Assembly (NCBI RefSeq): GCF_000981445.1
Contig: NC_027216.1
Span: 930,001 to 994,000, forward strand
From: Babesia bigemina
Lineage: Eukaryota
Direction of reading: 5' to 3'
Length of the DNA: 64,000 nucleotides
In this document: positions 1 to 12,329 of the stretch, piece by piece
Position numbering within the stretch: the stretch's first letter is position 1
Layout: every line of letters begins with the position of its first letter
Notes under the pieces: model-generated
Told to the model about the DNA's origin: nothing
Database searches by the model: none
What the model saw: only the letters and a program-made list of their open reading frames with translations
Program-made: the position numbers and the translations under genes

Positions 1-456
1 CAGGACATCCGGAGGCGGGGAGCGGAACAACAATTCCCAATGTGCATCCTGCAAGTTGTGGAGGTAGCTGCTGACGTTCGCCGCGTCTCCTTCACTTCGC
101 AATATCCCAGTACAGTATTCGGCGAGGGCACACTTTTCTGTAGATTCGGCGTGCGACATTTTGGCGTTCACGTCGTCCTTCATGGTTTTGAAGAATTGCA
201 ATTCGTTGTTATTCATTACGAATGCGCAATCATTTTCCACTGACTCGGCCGCAATTTTCTGCAGCCTCTCAAACTGTTCCACTGTTTTTCCGTGGCTCTG
301 CCTGCTGGTGTCGGTTGTTTCCACAGCGACGACCTCGGGAAGGCGTGCCTCCTCCTCCCTTACGCTCCTTAGGTACTCCTCCACATCCATACCCTGGTAA
401 AGTGTATACATGGAGCTGGGTTCACCTTCCGTTCCATATCCACACGCAACGTTCAT
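1..456 (-). CDS. Gemin2/SIP1-like protein, 5' part (runs off the window)
   Basis: Manual translation, open to the window edge: MNVACGYGTEGEPSSMYTLYQGMDVEEYLRSVREEEARLPEVVAVE...HWELLFRSPPPDVL. EEYLRSVREEEARLPEVV resembles the Gemin2 N-terminal EYLRxVxxEAxxxPxVV motif. Confidence 0.5.
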   Translation of the reverse strand, partial: MNVACGYGTEGEPSSMYTLYQGMDVEEYLRSVREEEARLPEVVAVETTDTSRQSHGKTVEQFERLQKIAAESVENDCAFVMNNNELQFFKTMKDDVNAKMSHAESTEKCALAEYCTGILRSEGDAANVSSYLHNLQDAHWELLFRSPPPDVL

Positions 457-885
457 TTTGCGTACCGTATGAATCCTCGAAGCCGTAGGCTGTCGCCGTA
501 GATAAGCTACCCCGTGTCTATAACCATGAGTTGTTAACGCAGTTGGAAATTCCACCTCGCATCGCTAGTTTCTCAATAATTCAGTACGTTGGATGTTCTT
601 TAGGTATCGGCATCGATCGTTGCTTACACACGGTCGATTTCCGTCAGTCGCCGAACTCAAGCCGCGCGTATTAGCGACGGATTCCTCCACATTTGCCTAT
701 GATTGGCAAGTATACAATTGGATTCCGCCACTCATTTCGGGTAGGAAGCGTTTTGTGGCGATTCGTCACGCTCGGCGTCGTTCGTCACCGTCTGTTGTCC
801 AGGCTGATCGGATGGGGTCGAGGTGAGCAGCGGATCCGTGGCACTGATTATCACCGCTGTTTTATCGTCACCGGTGCTGGCAACA

Positions 886-2541
886 ATGCTGGTGCTCTTG
901 GAAACCCCGGCGGGGTACGGTCTCTTTAAAATAACCGACTCGCGCCTGCTCGAGTGCAGTGTAGAAGATGTCCCCTCGTTTTTCCGTGACGGCGACTCAG
1001 CACGCTCATCGTAAGTATTGTTTGTCGTCGATGATTGTTGTTAATGGTGATACGCTTTTTACTTGTTACGGGTTATTAGCTGCGGCCAACCACGGCACCT
1101 ACATACGTGGCGGTTAGAACCTCTTTTGGTACGCACTGCCGTCTATTGTGTAATAAGGGTTGTGTATATAGTCATTGTGTGGCGTTTGCTGTTTATAACT
1201 GGGGACGGTATCCAGCATAATGGACTGATCCGTGCCCTCCACGGCCTTGTGATTCTCTTAAGCGTGACTGAATGGAGAGACGGATGCGTGTTTACGTACG
1301 TCTTTCACACTTTTGTTTCTCGCGACACGCTTTAAATATCGTGTAGGGTCAAGCTGTCTGCATTTTCGAAGTTCAAGACTACGGAAAATGCGCTTGAGGA
1401 GGCGACTGCCCTTTCCGAGTCTCGTCTGGGCAAGCAGCTGAAGAAGCTGCTGAACAAAAAGGTAGTTGGAGCAAAGGTGGTGGAGCCCCTTGCTGTTTGT
1501 GACAAGGTGCTGGCCGTCGAGATTCAGAAGAAGCTGAAGATTGATGTTGTGTACAACCCCTCCACGGTCGAAATCGCGCGCGGCCTCAAGAGCCAATTTT
1601 TTGAGTTAGTGGCTGGCATCACTGAGTCTGACTGCAAGTCTATGGCTCTAAGCCTATCGCATTCGCTGGCCAGGTTCAAGCTGAAATTTTCGCCTGACAA
1701 GGTGGACGTCATGGTGGTGCAGGCCATAGGGCTGCTAGACGATCTCGACCGCGAAGCGAACAACTTCGGCATGCGTTTGAAAGAGTGGTATGGCTGGCAC
1801 TTCCCTGAATTGGCCCACATTGTGCCCGACATGGCACTGTACTCTCGTGCCGTGCGCCACATCGGTATTCGCGGCTCGACCTCATTTGATGATTTGGAGT
1901 CCTTCCTGCCCAAGGACGTGGTGGATGAGATAAAGAAGGCCTGCGAAATATCCATGGGTTCGGAGCTTTTGAGTGATGACCTCGAAGCAATCGTGGAACT
2001 CGCGGAGCGCCTTGAAGAGATGCTCGGGTACCGTGCTACTTTGGAGGAGTATTTGCGTGTCCGCATGCGAGCGCTTGCTCCCAACTTGACCTACATGGTC
2101 GGCGAGGTAATCGGCGCTCGGCTGTTATCGCACAGCGGCTCCCTCATTAATCTGGCTAAGCAGCCTGCCTCAACAGTTCAGATATTGGGAGCGGAGAAGG
2201 CGTTGTTCCGCGCCTTGAAGACAAACGCGCCCACACCCAAGTATGGCATCATTTACCATGCGGGGTTCGTTGGCCAGGCGCAGCCAAAGCACAAGGGTAG
2301 AATCTCTCGCATCCTTGCGGCCAAGCTAGCGCTTTGCGTCCGTGTGGACGCGCTGAAGGACTCCCAGGAGCCCACCGTCGCTATAGAGAACAAGCGTTAT
2401 CTGGAGCAGAAGCTGCTGGAGCTCTCCTCCAAGCCCGACATCACATCAGTCGGTGGGATAAAGCGTAGCGACAGGCCCGGACAGCTGCAGAAGCCGAAGT
2501 GGAACGCCTCGAAGCGCTTTAAGGCATCGAACGCCGAGTGA
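886..2541 (+). CDS. NOP58: Nucleolar protein 58 (box C/D snoRNP core)
   Basis: Exon 1 886-1010 (MLVLLETPAGYGLFK), GT-AG intron 1011-1346, exon 2 with LSHSLARFKLKFSPDKVD, KEWYGWHFPEL and PASTVQILGAEKALFRALKT (Nop domain). Confidence 0.95.
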
Positions 2542-2874
2542 CGCTTCTAATCGGTTACGGTGTTGGCGCAAAGTCGCCGTTTGCCTTGAATTTGTCAAAG
2601 CATAATATATAGTCATCTGAAGAGAGTTACGTAACCCAGTGTCTGCGTATTCTCCAACGCTGCGCGATGCCACGTATTCATTCAACAGATAGACAATTTA
2701 ATGCACATAAGACTTAAAGCGCGTTTACTCTGGCTCACCCTGAGGGCCGTAGCGGCGCGCGCCCCGCATGTTTTTGTACGTTGTAGAAGCGCCGTTGACA
2801 TTACAATTCGCTGGGTGCCGCGCCATACGCGCATTGGGACATGACTGGCGCTGTCAGATTAAGACACGGTGAGT

Positions 2875-5067
2875 TCAGACGTCGACTTGAGATCTAGCTT
2901 TTTCGTTGTTTGTCACCTCGTTGGCCTCGCCAGCACTTTTGTTGCCGTCCGTTCTTTCCGTGGTCTCTTCGCTTTCCTGTTGATCCGTGCCGCACTGCCT
3001 AACGGCGATCATTTGCAGTTTGTTCCTCAAGTTCGTGAAGCGTGAGTAGAGCGTTGGGAGGTTCGGCGTCTCTATGCCCACCAGATCGTGTTCCATGTGC
3101 CTGCAGAGGTGGTTCATTTTGGCGACCTTTTTGATGCATCCGTGGCTGAGGCCCTTTATCAGCAGCATTTTATTGTACGATGCGTACTCGGACTTCAGCG
3201 AGTTGAGCGTTTCAATGGCGGTGTAGTCGAACAGCGTTGTGGACGCCAGGAGCACTATAACTGTGGTCTCGGGGTCGTCTTCCGGAGTGAACACCCGCGT
3301 AAGCATGCGTTTGCTGGCGTAGAAAATGTTCCCCTCGATCTCGTAGTACTTGATGTTGGTTTCGTTGTCCATGTATATTTCCACCTTGAACCGCGACTTG
3401 GACTCCCAGACGTATGCGAACGCGGCAAGCACAACGCCTACGATAATTGCGAGGGGTATTATCACCAGGTTACACATGATGGTGACTGCCACAATGATGA
3501 TGGCGTCGGACCTTGTGATTTTCATCTTCAGCTTAGGGTGCATGTTGCGTATGGCCTGTGGCATGAACGTCACGATGCACATGGGCAGGCTGAACCACTT
3601 GAAACAATGACACGAAACCGAGAACATGATCCCGCAGAGGCTTGGAATGGGTATATAGTTGAGCAGAGGGAACCCTCCTCCCAGCATGACGAATATGAAG
3701 AGGGCGGCGGCAATGCTCGACTCCTTGCCTCTCGAGCCCGCCTTGAGGTTCATGACGGATATTCCCACCATCGAGCTACCTCCTGAGGATCCCATGAAGG
3801 CGCTAAGCATGTTCCCGATACCGAGTCCGAACATTTGCTGGTTCGAGTTGGGGTCATTACCGCTTAGCGTCTTGATGATGTCGTTCACCATGAGCGCCTC
3901 CATGATAATGCTCCCTGCAAGAACGAAGACTTTGCATACGAAGGTCATGTTGAAATTAACCTTTCTAATCGCGCTCCAATGCGTCCACGACATGACAGGC
4001 AGCGCCGTCTCCGAGGTGAGGAATGCGACATCGCCTATGGTCGTGACCTTGATGTCGGGTGCTACTTGCTTTACAATGGCGAGATCGATGAAGACGACAA
4101 CAAACACAGCAAGCAGCGCAGGTGGAAGATACTGCCCGACCTTCGGTATCTTATTGGTGAACTGCATTAGGACGAACGCGATCACGCAGTAGACAATCGC
4201 GAGCACGAGTTCGACGCCTGCTATGTAGTGATGTGTCTTAGGGTCCTGAAATCCGTGTAGTTGCGCTCTTGCGATAACTATGGCGAGCCCGTTACTGTAG
4301 CCTATTATGACTGACGTGCTTAAGAACTGGCTGATACTGGCGAGGTGGAAGAATGAGCAGCATACTAGTATGACTCCGGCGAGGAAGACTGCCAAGAGCA
4401 TGCTCCACAAATGGACCTCTATTTGCTCTGTCGTGGGACTTTCCATCGACAGAGCATACTTTCCAGCTACGGCGGCGAGTGCGCCGGACAGCCCCGTCAT
4501 GATCCCGGGGGAGCCGCCGAACACCGCCGCGCATATGCATACTATCCACGTGCCGTGGAGAGCGACGTGCGGCGGAATCCCGGCGAGGAAGCTGAAGCTG
4601 ATGATTTCTGGAAGCATGGTCATGCCGCATAGAAGCCCGTTGATGATTTCAGTGAGGTAGTACCCAAAGTTTTCCTTCGGGTTGGCGGTGAACCCCCACC
4701 CACTGGTGATTCCGGTCGAACATTTCACCAGGCTTCTTAGAACGCCGTGATAGAACGGCAGGCACATGAAGATGTCTTCGCATTCTCGCTTTTCGATGGG
4801 CGCTGGAACGGGCTCTCGCGTGCGTGTGTAGTCGTACCACGTGTGGTGGCTGAAGTCGTGATAATTGTACCCCGCCGTCTCCTCGTCCTTGCCATCGGTG
4901 TCGTAGTACCTGACACACACGTCCTTGTCCTCATCCTCGTACTGTATAACCTTGACGCGGTGGTCGGAGTGGTCTGTACGATCGGAGCGGCCGATGCTTA
5001 CCCCCCTGGACATCTCATCACCGCTGCTAGCGATGGCACTTCCGCGATCTGTTTCCTCTCGCATCAT
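2875..5067 (-). CDS. SulP/SLC26 inorganic anion transporter
   Basis: 730-aa ORF with many TM segments, GLLCGMTMLPEIISFSFLAG, NQQMFGLGIGN and a C-terminal STAS-like region (IEGNIFYAS, FDYTAIETL). Confidence 0.9.
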   Translation of the reverse strand: MMREETDRGSAIASSGDEMSRGVSIGRSDRTDHSDHRVKVIQYEDEDKDVCVRYYDTDGKDEETAGYNYHDFSHHTWYDYTRTREPVPAPIEKRECEDIFMCLPFYHGVLRSLVKCSTGITSGWGFTANPKENFGYYLTEIINGLLCGMTMLPEIISFSFLAGIPPHVALHGTWIVCICAAVFGGSPGIMTGLSGALAAVAGKYALSMESPTTEQIEVHLWSMLLAVFLAGVILVCCSFFHLASISQFLSTSVIIGYSNGLAIVIARAQLHGFQDPKTHHYIAGVELVLAIVYCVIAFVLMQFTNKIPKVGQYLPPALLAVFVVVFIDLAIVKQVAPDIKVTTIGDVAFLTSETALPVMSWTHWSAIRKVNFNMTFVCKVFVLAGSIIMEALMVNDIIKTLSGNDPNSNQQMFGLGIGNMLSAFMGSSGGSSMVGISVMNLKAGSRGKESSIAAALFIFVMLGGGFPLLNYIPIPSLCGIMFSVSCHCFKWFSLPMCIVTFMPQAIRNMHPKLKMKITRSDAIIIVAVTIMCNLVIIPLAIIVGVVLAAFAYVWESKSRFKVEIYMDNETNIKYYEIEGNIFYASKRMLTRVFTPEDDPETTVIVLLASTTLFDYTAIETLNSLKSEYASYNKMLLIKGLSHGCIKKVAKMNHLCRHMEHDLVGIETPNLPTLYSRFTNLRNKLQMIAVRQCGTDQQESEETTERTDGNKSAGEANEVTNNEKARSQVDV

Positions 5068-6140
5068 CCTTATATTCGCTTAAAATACATTAGACAATCA
5101 ATCGGGGTTCTCTTGGCAACACGGAGGCTCAAGTGTCCGATTTCCCCGTGAAATGCAGCTTTCTGTCGATCACCGCACTGAAAACGATAGAAGAATGTAT
5201 CCTCCGCTTTGACTACACATTTTGCGTTAGAATCCTCCGTGGTCAGAATTTGGCAATCGTAAATGTCAACTGGTGTGTAGCGCGCGTCGTCGTCTAACCC
5301 GTCAACGGCGCAAACTGCTGCTAGAAAACTTTCGCTAAGACTCGTCACATTTAAACAATACAAGAGGTTATTGAACCTTTGGATTGCCGCATTTATGACC
5401 GTAATGACGTCGTACAATTTTCATACGTGTAACGCGGTGTGCCGAGTCTCTGTTTATCTGCTGTATCAGTAGATTATACTTAAAACCGATCATATGTGTC
5501 ATAAAAGCAAATGTGTTGAGCACTGTTACGGGACAGTGAACCAGTGCCGCCGCATCCACCACGGGCACATGGTAGGAATCCACTTTAATACGAGACACAA
5601 AGCAACACAGTTTTATGGCTTAATGTGCCGTTGATGTGTCAGTGAGTTCACAGGTTGGCTCGGGAACTAACGATGGTTGCGTCGATGAGTGAGGTAGTAT
5701 CCGACGCATCACCCTTTTAGGCGTACTGTACCCCGCCACCGACCAGAATGAGGATTAATATTTCATATGTAAATATATGCATCGAAGAAGCGAGATGTGT
5801 GGCTCTATTTTTCGGCATTTATGTGTCGCTTGGTGGAATCAAATGTGCATCCTTTAGATTTCAGACCACGTTGCCCATTTTTTTGTTTTTAATACACATG
5901 ACATAGTACAACTCAAATTAGCTGCATGTGTCACATTTAGCTTCATTTTGTTTTGGTGGAGCACTGCGACACCGTCGCCGCGCGCGGATGCATTCAAAGC
6001 TGCCCACACATATAGGCGAAATTGGCGCACATTTATGTATTAGGCTGTGTTTTTACGTGCAGCTTGTAGAGCAAGGTTTTCGTATGTAATTTTTTGTGCC
6101 TGCCGGGTGGCTTCCGTATTCAGTGAACAACTTCGGTACG

Positions 6141-6887
6141 ATGGGCCCTTCCAGGGGTGAACCCATATCCTTGGCTGATGTTTGGAACAAGGTAAAAGGG
6201 TTTTATTTGCTCGAAATCATTTTTCAGCTGAAAGGCATATCCATCTCTGTGGACTTCAACCGCAATGATCCAATCCGAGCTCAGCAGAGGCGGATCGCCG
6301 AATACAATCGCAAGCCTTCCATCTACGTGGAACACAACCCGTTGAAATCTTGCCTAGGCGTGCCTGCAACAGTGGCGGGATACGTCGGCGATCTATTTCA
6401 GCCAGCTGCACATCTGCAGGGTAGGTGTAAGCATTAATGTGTTTAAGGTTAATTGCAGAGGGACACCATGGTTGCGTGGCGGAGGCAAAGCCTTCCCGAG
6501 ATCTCGCTGCCGGCGCTCCTAGTAGTCCGGTGTGCGACGTGATTGACCTCTCCGTGTACAAGGTTTTGCAGCGTGCGTTGTGTTACGTCGGTAGGTTGGT
6601 TCCTTGCTCCCACAACATATCCAGGTGCGGGTTTGGGCATTGTCGGCGTGGGTCTGGTGACGTTATTTGGCCTCTTCACCGCTGCCGGTGCTACCTGCGC
6701 AGTGACTACTTGCAACAAGCTATCCGATGACTGTCACACAGCAACATACAACCCCAATGACAACGAGGTCTACTACGAAGGGAAGCCCATCGTCAACACT
6801 CACAACAGTTACACGCCCGGTCCAATTAACGCATTTGCTCCAATGTACGCTCCATCGACTCCGCTGCATTGGTCACACGACCTATGA
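6141..6887 (+). CDS. Hypothetical single-pass membrane protein (3 introns)
   Basis: GT-AG introns at about 6192-6227, 6421-6458 and 6591-6624 join ORF pieces in frame. Hydrophobic segment VGAGLGIVGVGLVTLFGLFTAAGATCAV; stop at 6887. Confidence 0.6.
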
Positions 6888-7043
6888 ACATAAGTGCGAC
6901 CCCGGCCGACATTCTTAACTCTTGGAGTTCGGCGAAGTAATGCCTATTACTCCCCAGATGGATGGGTTAGCCTGCGTTTGTCCGGGCTTACACGCCGCCT
7001 CTGTATGCGTCGTTACAAACAACCTCTAATGCAGTTCTGTGTA

Positions 7044-8587
7044 TCACCGCATAAAATTCTCGTTTAGCTCGACCTCGACAACTTCGCACTCCGTGCGCGT
7101 GACTACGGTTTTTTCGAGCTCATCACAGTTTATGGCGTGGGGCAGTTTCAGCGTCATAACGTTTTCGTCGTCCACGTAGCTCACGTTGCCCTGTTGTTGA
7201 TGAAAGTTATGAGCGCAGGCTTACCCTCAGGAGCACAATAATGCTTCCGCTTGGGATAAGTGTGTTTCTCTTCAGCAGGAAAACGCGTTTTTGAGATATG
7301 ATGTTGATATTATGGGCGTTTTCCGGCATATCCAGCGCGCGTAGCACCGGGATGGGGTTTCGCAGAGGGAAGACACTTCTAATAGAGTTGAGGCTAAACT
7401 CATGCACCGTCTGGACATTGTTGAGCCTATCGAATTTCTCCAGTTGCAACTCGTTCCTCTTCTTGACGAGCTGATCTCCCTCCAGCTCGCGCTCAGCGTC
7501 GTCCGTGATGTAGTCCTGCGCAAAATGTGGTCGCCCTCCCGCTGACGCACCTGTAACATGATCTGCAGGACGTCGTCGATCGTAATGATGCCGGCGTGCT
7601 CGTAGGAGGGGTCGCCGCCGGTAGCCGGGTTGACGACGATTTTGCGGACGACAACTACGTGAATCGAGTTCTCTTTGAAGAACGCTAGAATGTCGTTCAA
7701 GGTGCTTTCCGAGTCCACGGAATACACTGGCTTCCCGATGGTCGCGCAGAGGTCATTGACCCTGTAGCTCTTGGAGTCGTCCAGCATGAGCAGGTCCTTG
7801 ACGACGAGGAACCCAACTATTCTCCGGTCGGGTTCTGGGGTAACAACGGGGATGTTTGAGAACCCAGACTTGGCGATATTTTGCGTCACCTCCTTGGTGA
7901 CGGTGGCGTTTTCCTCGATGTGCACCAGTGCCTGAAGTGGAGTCATGATATCCTCTGCCTTCACCGATGACATTTCTAGACAGCCCTTGAGCATCTTTGC
8001 CTCCTCGATGGTGAGCACGTTGCCCTTCTCGAGCTGCAGGTCGACCAGCGCCTTCAGCTGCTGGCGGGTGTATATGACTTGGTTTGACGGCCCCAGCAGG
8101 TAGTCGAGCAGCAGCGCCAGCGGTTTGCAGAAGGGGTATAGTATCCATACCAGAAAGCGCACCGGCGCGGCGAAGATGCCACATAGACGCAACGCATACT
8201 TCATAAAGATGGATTGCGGCGCGATTTCTCCCAGTAGCGCCGTGGTCAGCGTAGAGACGATGAACCCCCAAGTCCTGCGAGCTTTGTGTTTTGCAAGGGT
8301 GTCACGTACATGTCTAGCATATCACCAAGCAGCAGCACCATGAGTGCATTCACCATGGAATTGCTCAGGATAAGCGTAGATAGGAGGAGATTCGAGTCTC
8401 TCCGCAGCGGCAGGAGGCGTCTGGCATATTTGCTGTTAACGCGATCCTGGTTAGTCGTCGGTTCGACGTAAGTAAGCAGCTGCAGTTGCAAAATATCGAG
8501 GGACATGGAACCCAGGATGAGTCCCGAAAAAAGGGCGCTGGCGACTGCGCAAATTACCGCGAGCAGCGCCTTCGCCCAGGTGTACAT
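7044..8587 (-). CDS. CNNM/DUF21 + CBS-pair metal (Mg2+) transporter
   Basis: SALFSGLILGSMSLD, LLLSTLILSNSMVNA, GEIAPQS, CBS motifs (DIMTP, GFSNIPV, GIITIDDV). Three short introns. Confidence 0.9.
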
Positions 8588-9107
8588 TTTTCGTATGTTT
8601 TTTAAGGGTGCAAGGCTACCTCGGAGTCGTCAGAGGGGTGTAGATGCCTCACAGCACCTTTCGCCTTAGAAACCCGCTACTAGCCTACAGCCGCTCGTAG
8701 GGCTGACTGTGTGTCTGGGTTGACATTTTTTTCGGACGCGTGGTGCACCTCACCCGGGGAGCGTCCGTTATAACCGTCCGAATGGCCCATTCTTTTTACC
8801 GTACTTTACTGTGCATAGATGTGTATAGTTTGTGCTTATCGGCACCCTCATTCGGCAGGATGAAGTAAAGTTGAATCATACCACCGCCGGTTGGACCGGT
8901 AAATACGCTGCCGCCTCGACCTTTGGGAAGACGGTCAGTAGCTGCACCGTAGCCAATTCTTCTGTACGCAGTAACGTTGTAGACACATGCATAAGGGCGA
9001 GCTCTTCGCTCCCTAGCTTGCGCCGGTGCGCGTGCCGTCGCGTATGGGGAACGATGTGTACCATGCGCGTTACCGCGGGCGTTACATCATATTCCTACAA
9101 CTTCAAA

Positions 9108-9758
9108 ATGGCAGATTGGGTACCTACTATTAAGCAGCTTGCGCTTGCTGAGAACGCGTGCTTCGGTTGCGGCATTGCCAACGTGAGTTTCGCGCACTTG
9201 CCCCTTCTGGACAGAGGCTCGGGGCTTGCATACCTCACATAATAACGCTTCGAATATTTCTTTTGCGAGCCTTTTAGGCATGTCACGTGCATGTTCCGCC
9301 CCGTCCTTTTGCATACACCTTCTCTGACTTGTTTTCAGGCCGAGGACGGAGAGCTCTTCTCCGCCGCCGACATCGACCACGAGGAGCTCTGCTGGGACAG
9401 CGTGTACCGCGACCCCTACGAGTATGAGGCTGCTGACGAGACCGGTGCTACCGTGAAGCACCACATTGTCGAGAAGGCCACCATCATGGAGGTGTTCGAG
9501 AAGAAGCACTCGAGCATCGGCATTTTCATTGGCGGTAACAAGTACACCTTTGCGTCGTACGACGACGACTGCCAGTCGGGTGAGTACACGTTCAAGTGTG
9601 TGTCGGCCGCGAAGACCAAGGGTGGAGCCCACCTGGTCATGACCCCGGGCGGCTACATCATCATCTGCGTGTTCGACGAGACCCGTGGACAGAACAAGAC
9701 CACCTCCAGGATGGCCGCCTTTGCCCTGGCCGAGTACATGGCCGCCAACGGCTACTAA
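9108..9758 (+). CDS. PFN: Apicomplexan profilin
   Basis: MADWVPTIKQLALAENACFGCGIAN, then an intron (~9183-9338), then AEDGELFSAAD...GIFIGGNKY...KGGAHLVMTPGGYIIICVFDETRGQNKTTSRMAAFALAEYMAANGY. Confidence 0.95.
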
Positions 9759-10136
9759 GGCATCGTCATTTTCGAAATACGCATTGTGCGTGTCTGTTCC
9801 CGTGGCGCAATGCCGTATGCAGTTCCCTACTTATCCCGCTTGCAATACATGTTCGACCGCATTTTGGAAATAGTCGTGATTCATAGCGGCGCTTCATGTT
9901 AATGGACTGTGCGCCGTTACAGGGTCTCGACCGTCTCGATGTCGGAACCGGCGGCGGCCGCTCCATGCCGGTCGCCGACATCCGCGTCAACAAGTTTCTT
10001 TTAATGTTGTATATAATTATCGAATTCGTGTTTGTGGGCCGCGGCCGTGTTTTTGTGCTGCGCCGCGTCTGGCTGTTGCTCCCTACAACTCGCACGCTGG
10101 AGAGGCGTATGTGCAGAAGGAATCATAGCTTTCGAA

Positions 10137-12139
10137 ATGGTGGCCTTGAAGCTATTAGAGCGAAATGACGAGTCCGAGGACTCCAGTGACTACAGCGTCG
10201 AGAATGACGAGTTCGACGACGTTGCGTCTGGATCCGACGACGGCGGCGCCGACGAGGCTGAGGAGGGTTTGGATGTCGTTGACGCGGAAAACCTTCACGG
10301 CAAGGTCGACATGACGGACCTGTCGGCGGTGAAGGGCCGTATTGAGAGCATCTGCGGCGTGTTGTCGAACTGGTCGTCTGCGTCTAAGAGTGGCGTGGTG
10401 ACCAAGAAGCGAGGTGAGTCGTACTGTTTCGCTGTCGATGTACCAAAGGCGCCTACATGAGGGAGCTGAGGGAGATGGTGAGCGCGTACTACGGCTATTC
10501 AGATGAGCTGGCGGAGTACTTTTTGCAGGTTAGAGGTGTTGGTGAGGCTTGCTATTACGTTGCAGCTCTTCAGCCCTACTGAGGCCATTCAGCTCTTCGA
10601 AGCCAACGAGAGACCACTACCGATGACCCTTCGTGTAAACACGTTGAAGACACGGCGGTACGCGGTTGCACGTCTCTGCTTTACTCTGTTTCAGTAAGGA
10701 ATTGGCTGCTGCACTTATCGCAAGGGGGGCTAACGTCGACCCCGTTGGCAACTGGAGCAAGGAGGGCCTGGTCGTGCACTCCTCTCAGGTGCCCATCGGA
10801 GCCACGCCGGAGTACCTCGCCGGGCACTACATGATGCAGTCGGCGGCTTCCATGATCCCCGTGCTTGCGCTGGGCGCTCGTGAGGGTAAGGCCTCCATGG
10901 CGTTCGTCATCACGCATTAGGTGAGAAGGTGCTGGACATTGCGGCGGCACCTGGAGGCAAGACCACGCACATCGCACAGATGATGAACAATGGTGGCATT
11001 TTGTACGCCAACGACCTGAACAAGGACCGCTGCACCGCGTTGGTTGCCAACATCCACCGGTATGGCCCTTCGAAGTTGACGCTTTCACGAATGTGCAGGC
11101 TGGGAATCACAAACACTATCGTGACCAATTACAACGGTTTGGACCTGAAGGGCGTGCTGCCTCCGTTGGACCGTGTTCTCTGCGACGCCCCGTGCTCCGG
11201 TCTAGGTGTTATTTCAAAGGACCCCTCGGTGAAGGTCAACCGGACTGTTTTGAACCTGCAGCAGAACGCCGATCTGCAGAAACGCTTGCTGCTGACGTGC
11301 ATTGACATGGTGAACAGCGGCAGCAAGAACAACTGCGTGGTGTACTCCACCTGCAGCATATCAGTGGAGGAGAATGAACACGTCATTGACCACGCGCTCA
11401 AGATGCGCGACGTCAAGCTCGTGCCTCTGGGTATGTTTTAGACGTCGCCGGCAAATATTGACCAGGTGTCGACGTGGGTTCGCCCGCACTGTCTCATTTC
11501 CGTGGAAAGCACTTCCACCCGTCGATTGGCATGTATGCGCGGCGCTTTTATCCGCACGTGCACAACCTTGATGGGTTCTTCGTCGCGAAGCTGGTCAAGC
11601 TGAGTTCGAAGGTTCCGACCTTGACGAAACGCCATCGCGAACCGAGGTCCAAGCACGAGGATGCGTCTGAGCGCGAGCCGAAGTTGCGGAAAAAGCACAG
11701 CGGAAAGACGGGCAAATCCAAGGCGCCCAAGGATGTGAGTAGCGGGAAACAAGAAGAGGAGGTCGATCCGGACGTGACCTCTCTGCCTGTTAAAATTGCG
11801 CAAAAGCAAAAGGAGAAAAAAACAAAGCTCGAATTCGATGAACCCCTACCCGAAAAGAAGGCTAAGAGCACGAAGTCTGGCAAAGCTTCGGACGTTGTCA
11901 AGAGCACGAAGTCTGGCAAAAGTTCGGAGGTCGTCAGGAGCACGAAGTCTGGCAAAAGTTCGAAGGTTGTCAGGAGCACGAAGTCTGGCAAAAGTTCGAA
12001 GGTTGTCAAGGATTCGGCGTCGAAAAAGGTAAAGAAGCAAGCGAAGGACCTGAAGCGCAGCTCCGCGAAATCGAAGGCAAAAGCGAAGACGTCTAAGGCT
12101 GCGAAGCACTCGAAGTCCTCGTCGAAGAGGCAACGTTAG
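10137..12139 (+). CDS. NOP2: NOP2/NOL1 rRNA m5C methyltransferase (6 short introns)
   Basis: TLRVNTLKT, GATPEYLAGHYMMQSAAS, LDIAAAPGGKTTHIAQMM, DRVLCDAPCSGLG, VYSTCS, RFYPHVHNLDGFFVAKL; Lys-rich tail. Confidence 0.95.
11864..12007 (+). repeat. Coding tandem repeat, 4 x 36 nt (KSTKSGKSSxVV) in the NOP2 tail
   Basis: Four near-identical copies of A(A/G)GAGCACGAAGTCTGGCAAA(AG)TTCG..GTTGTC. Confidence 0.9.
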
Positions 12140-12329
12140 TGGCGACGCGCCGAACCCGGGCCAGGCCCACTCAACAATGGTTCTGAATTCTGTATGTATC
12201 CTGAAACGTTACACGATCCGCATTGTTCGTTAGCTATTATGTACGCACTGCGTGTGGTATGTAGGCTGTGGTTTTGCCTTCATTGCTCTCGCGGCGTTGG
12301 CGCCGTTCACGGGGAGCGTGCTGCGTTGC

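Noticed and set aside
5070..6100. ORFs upstream of the SulP gene
   Set aside because: Non-ATG starts in AT-rich sequence, consistent with a divergent promoter/5'UTR region.
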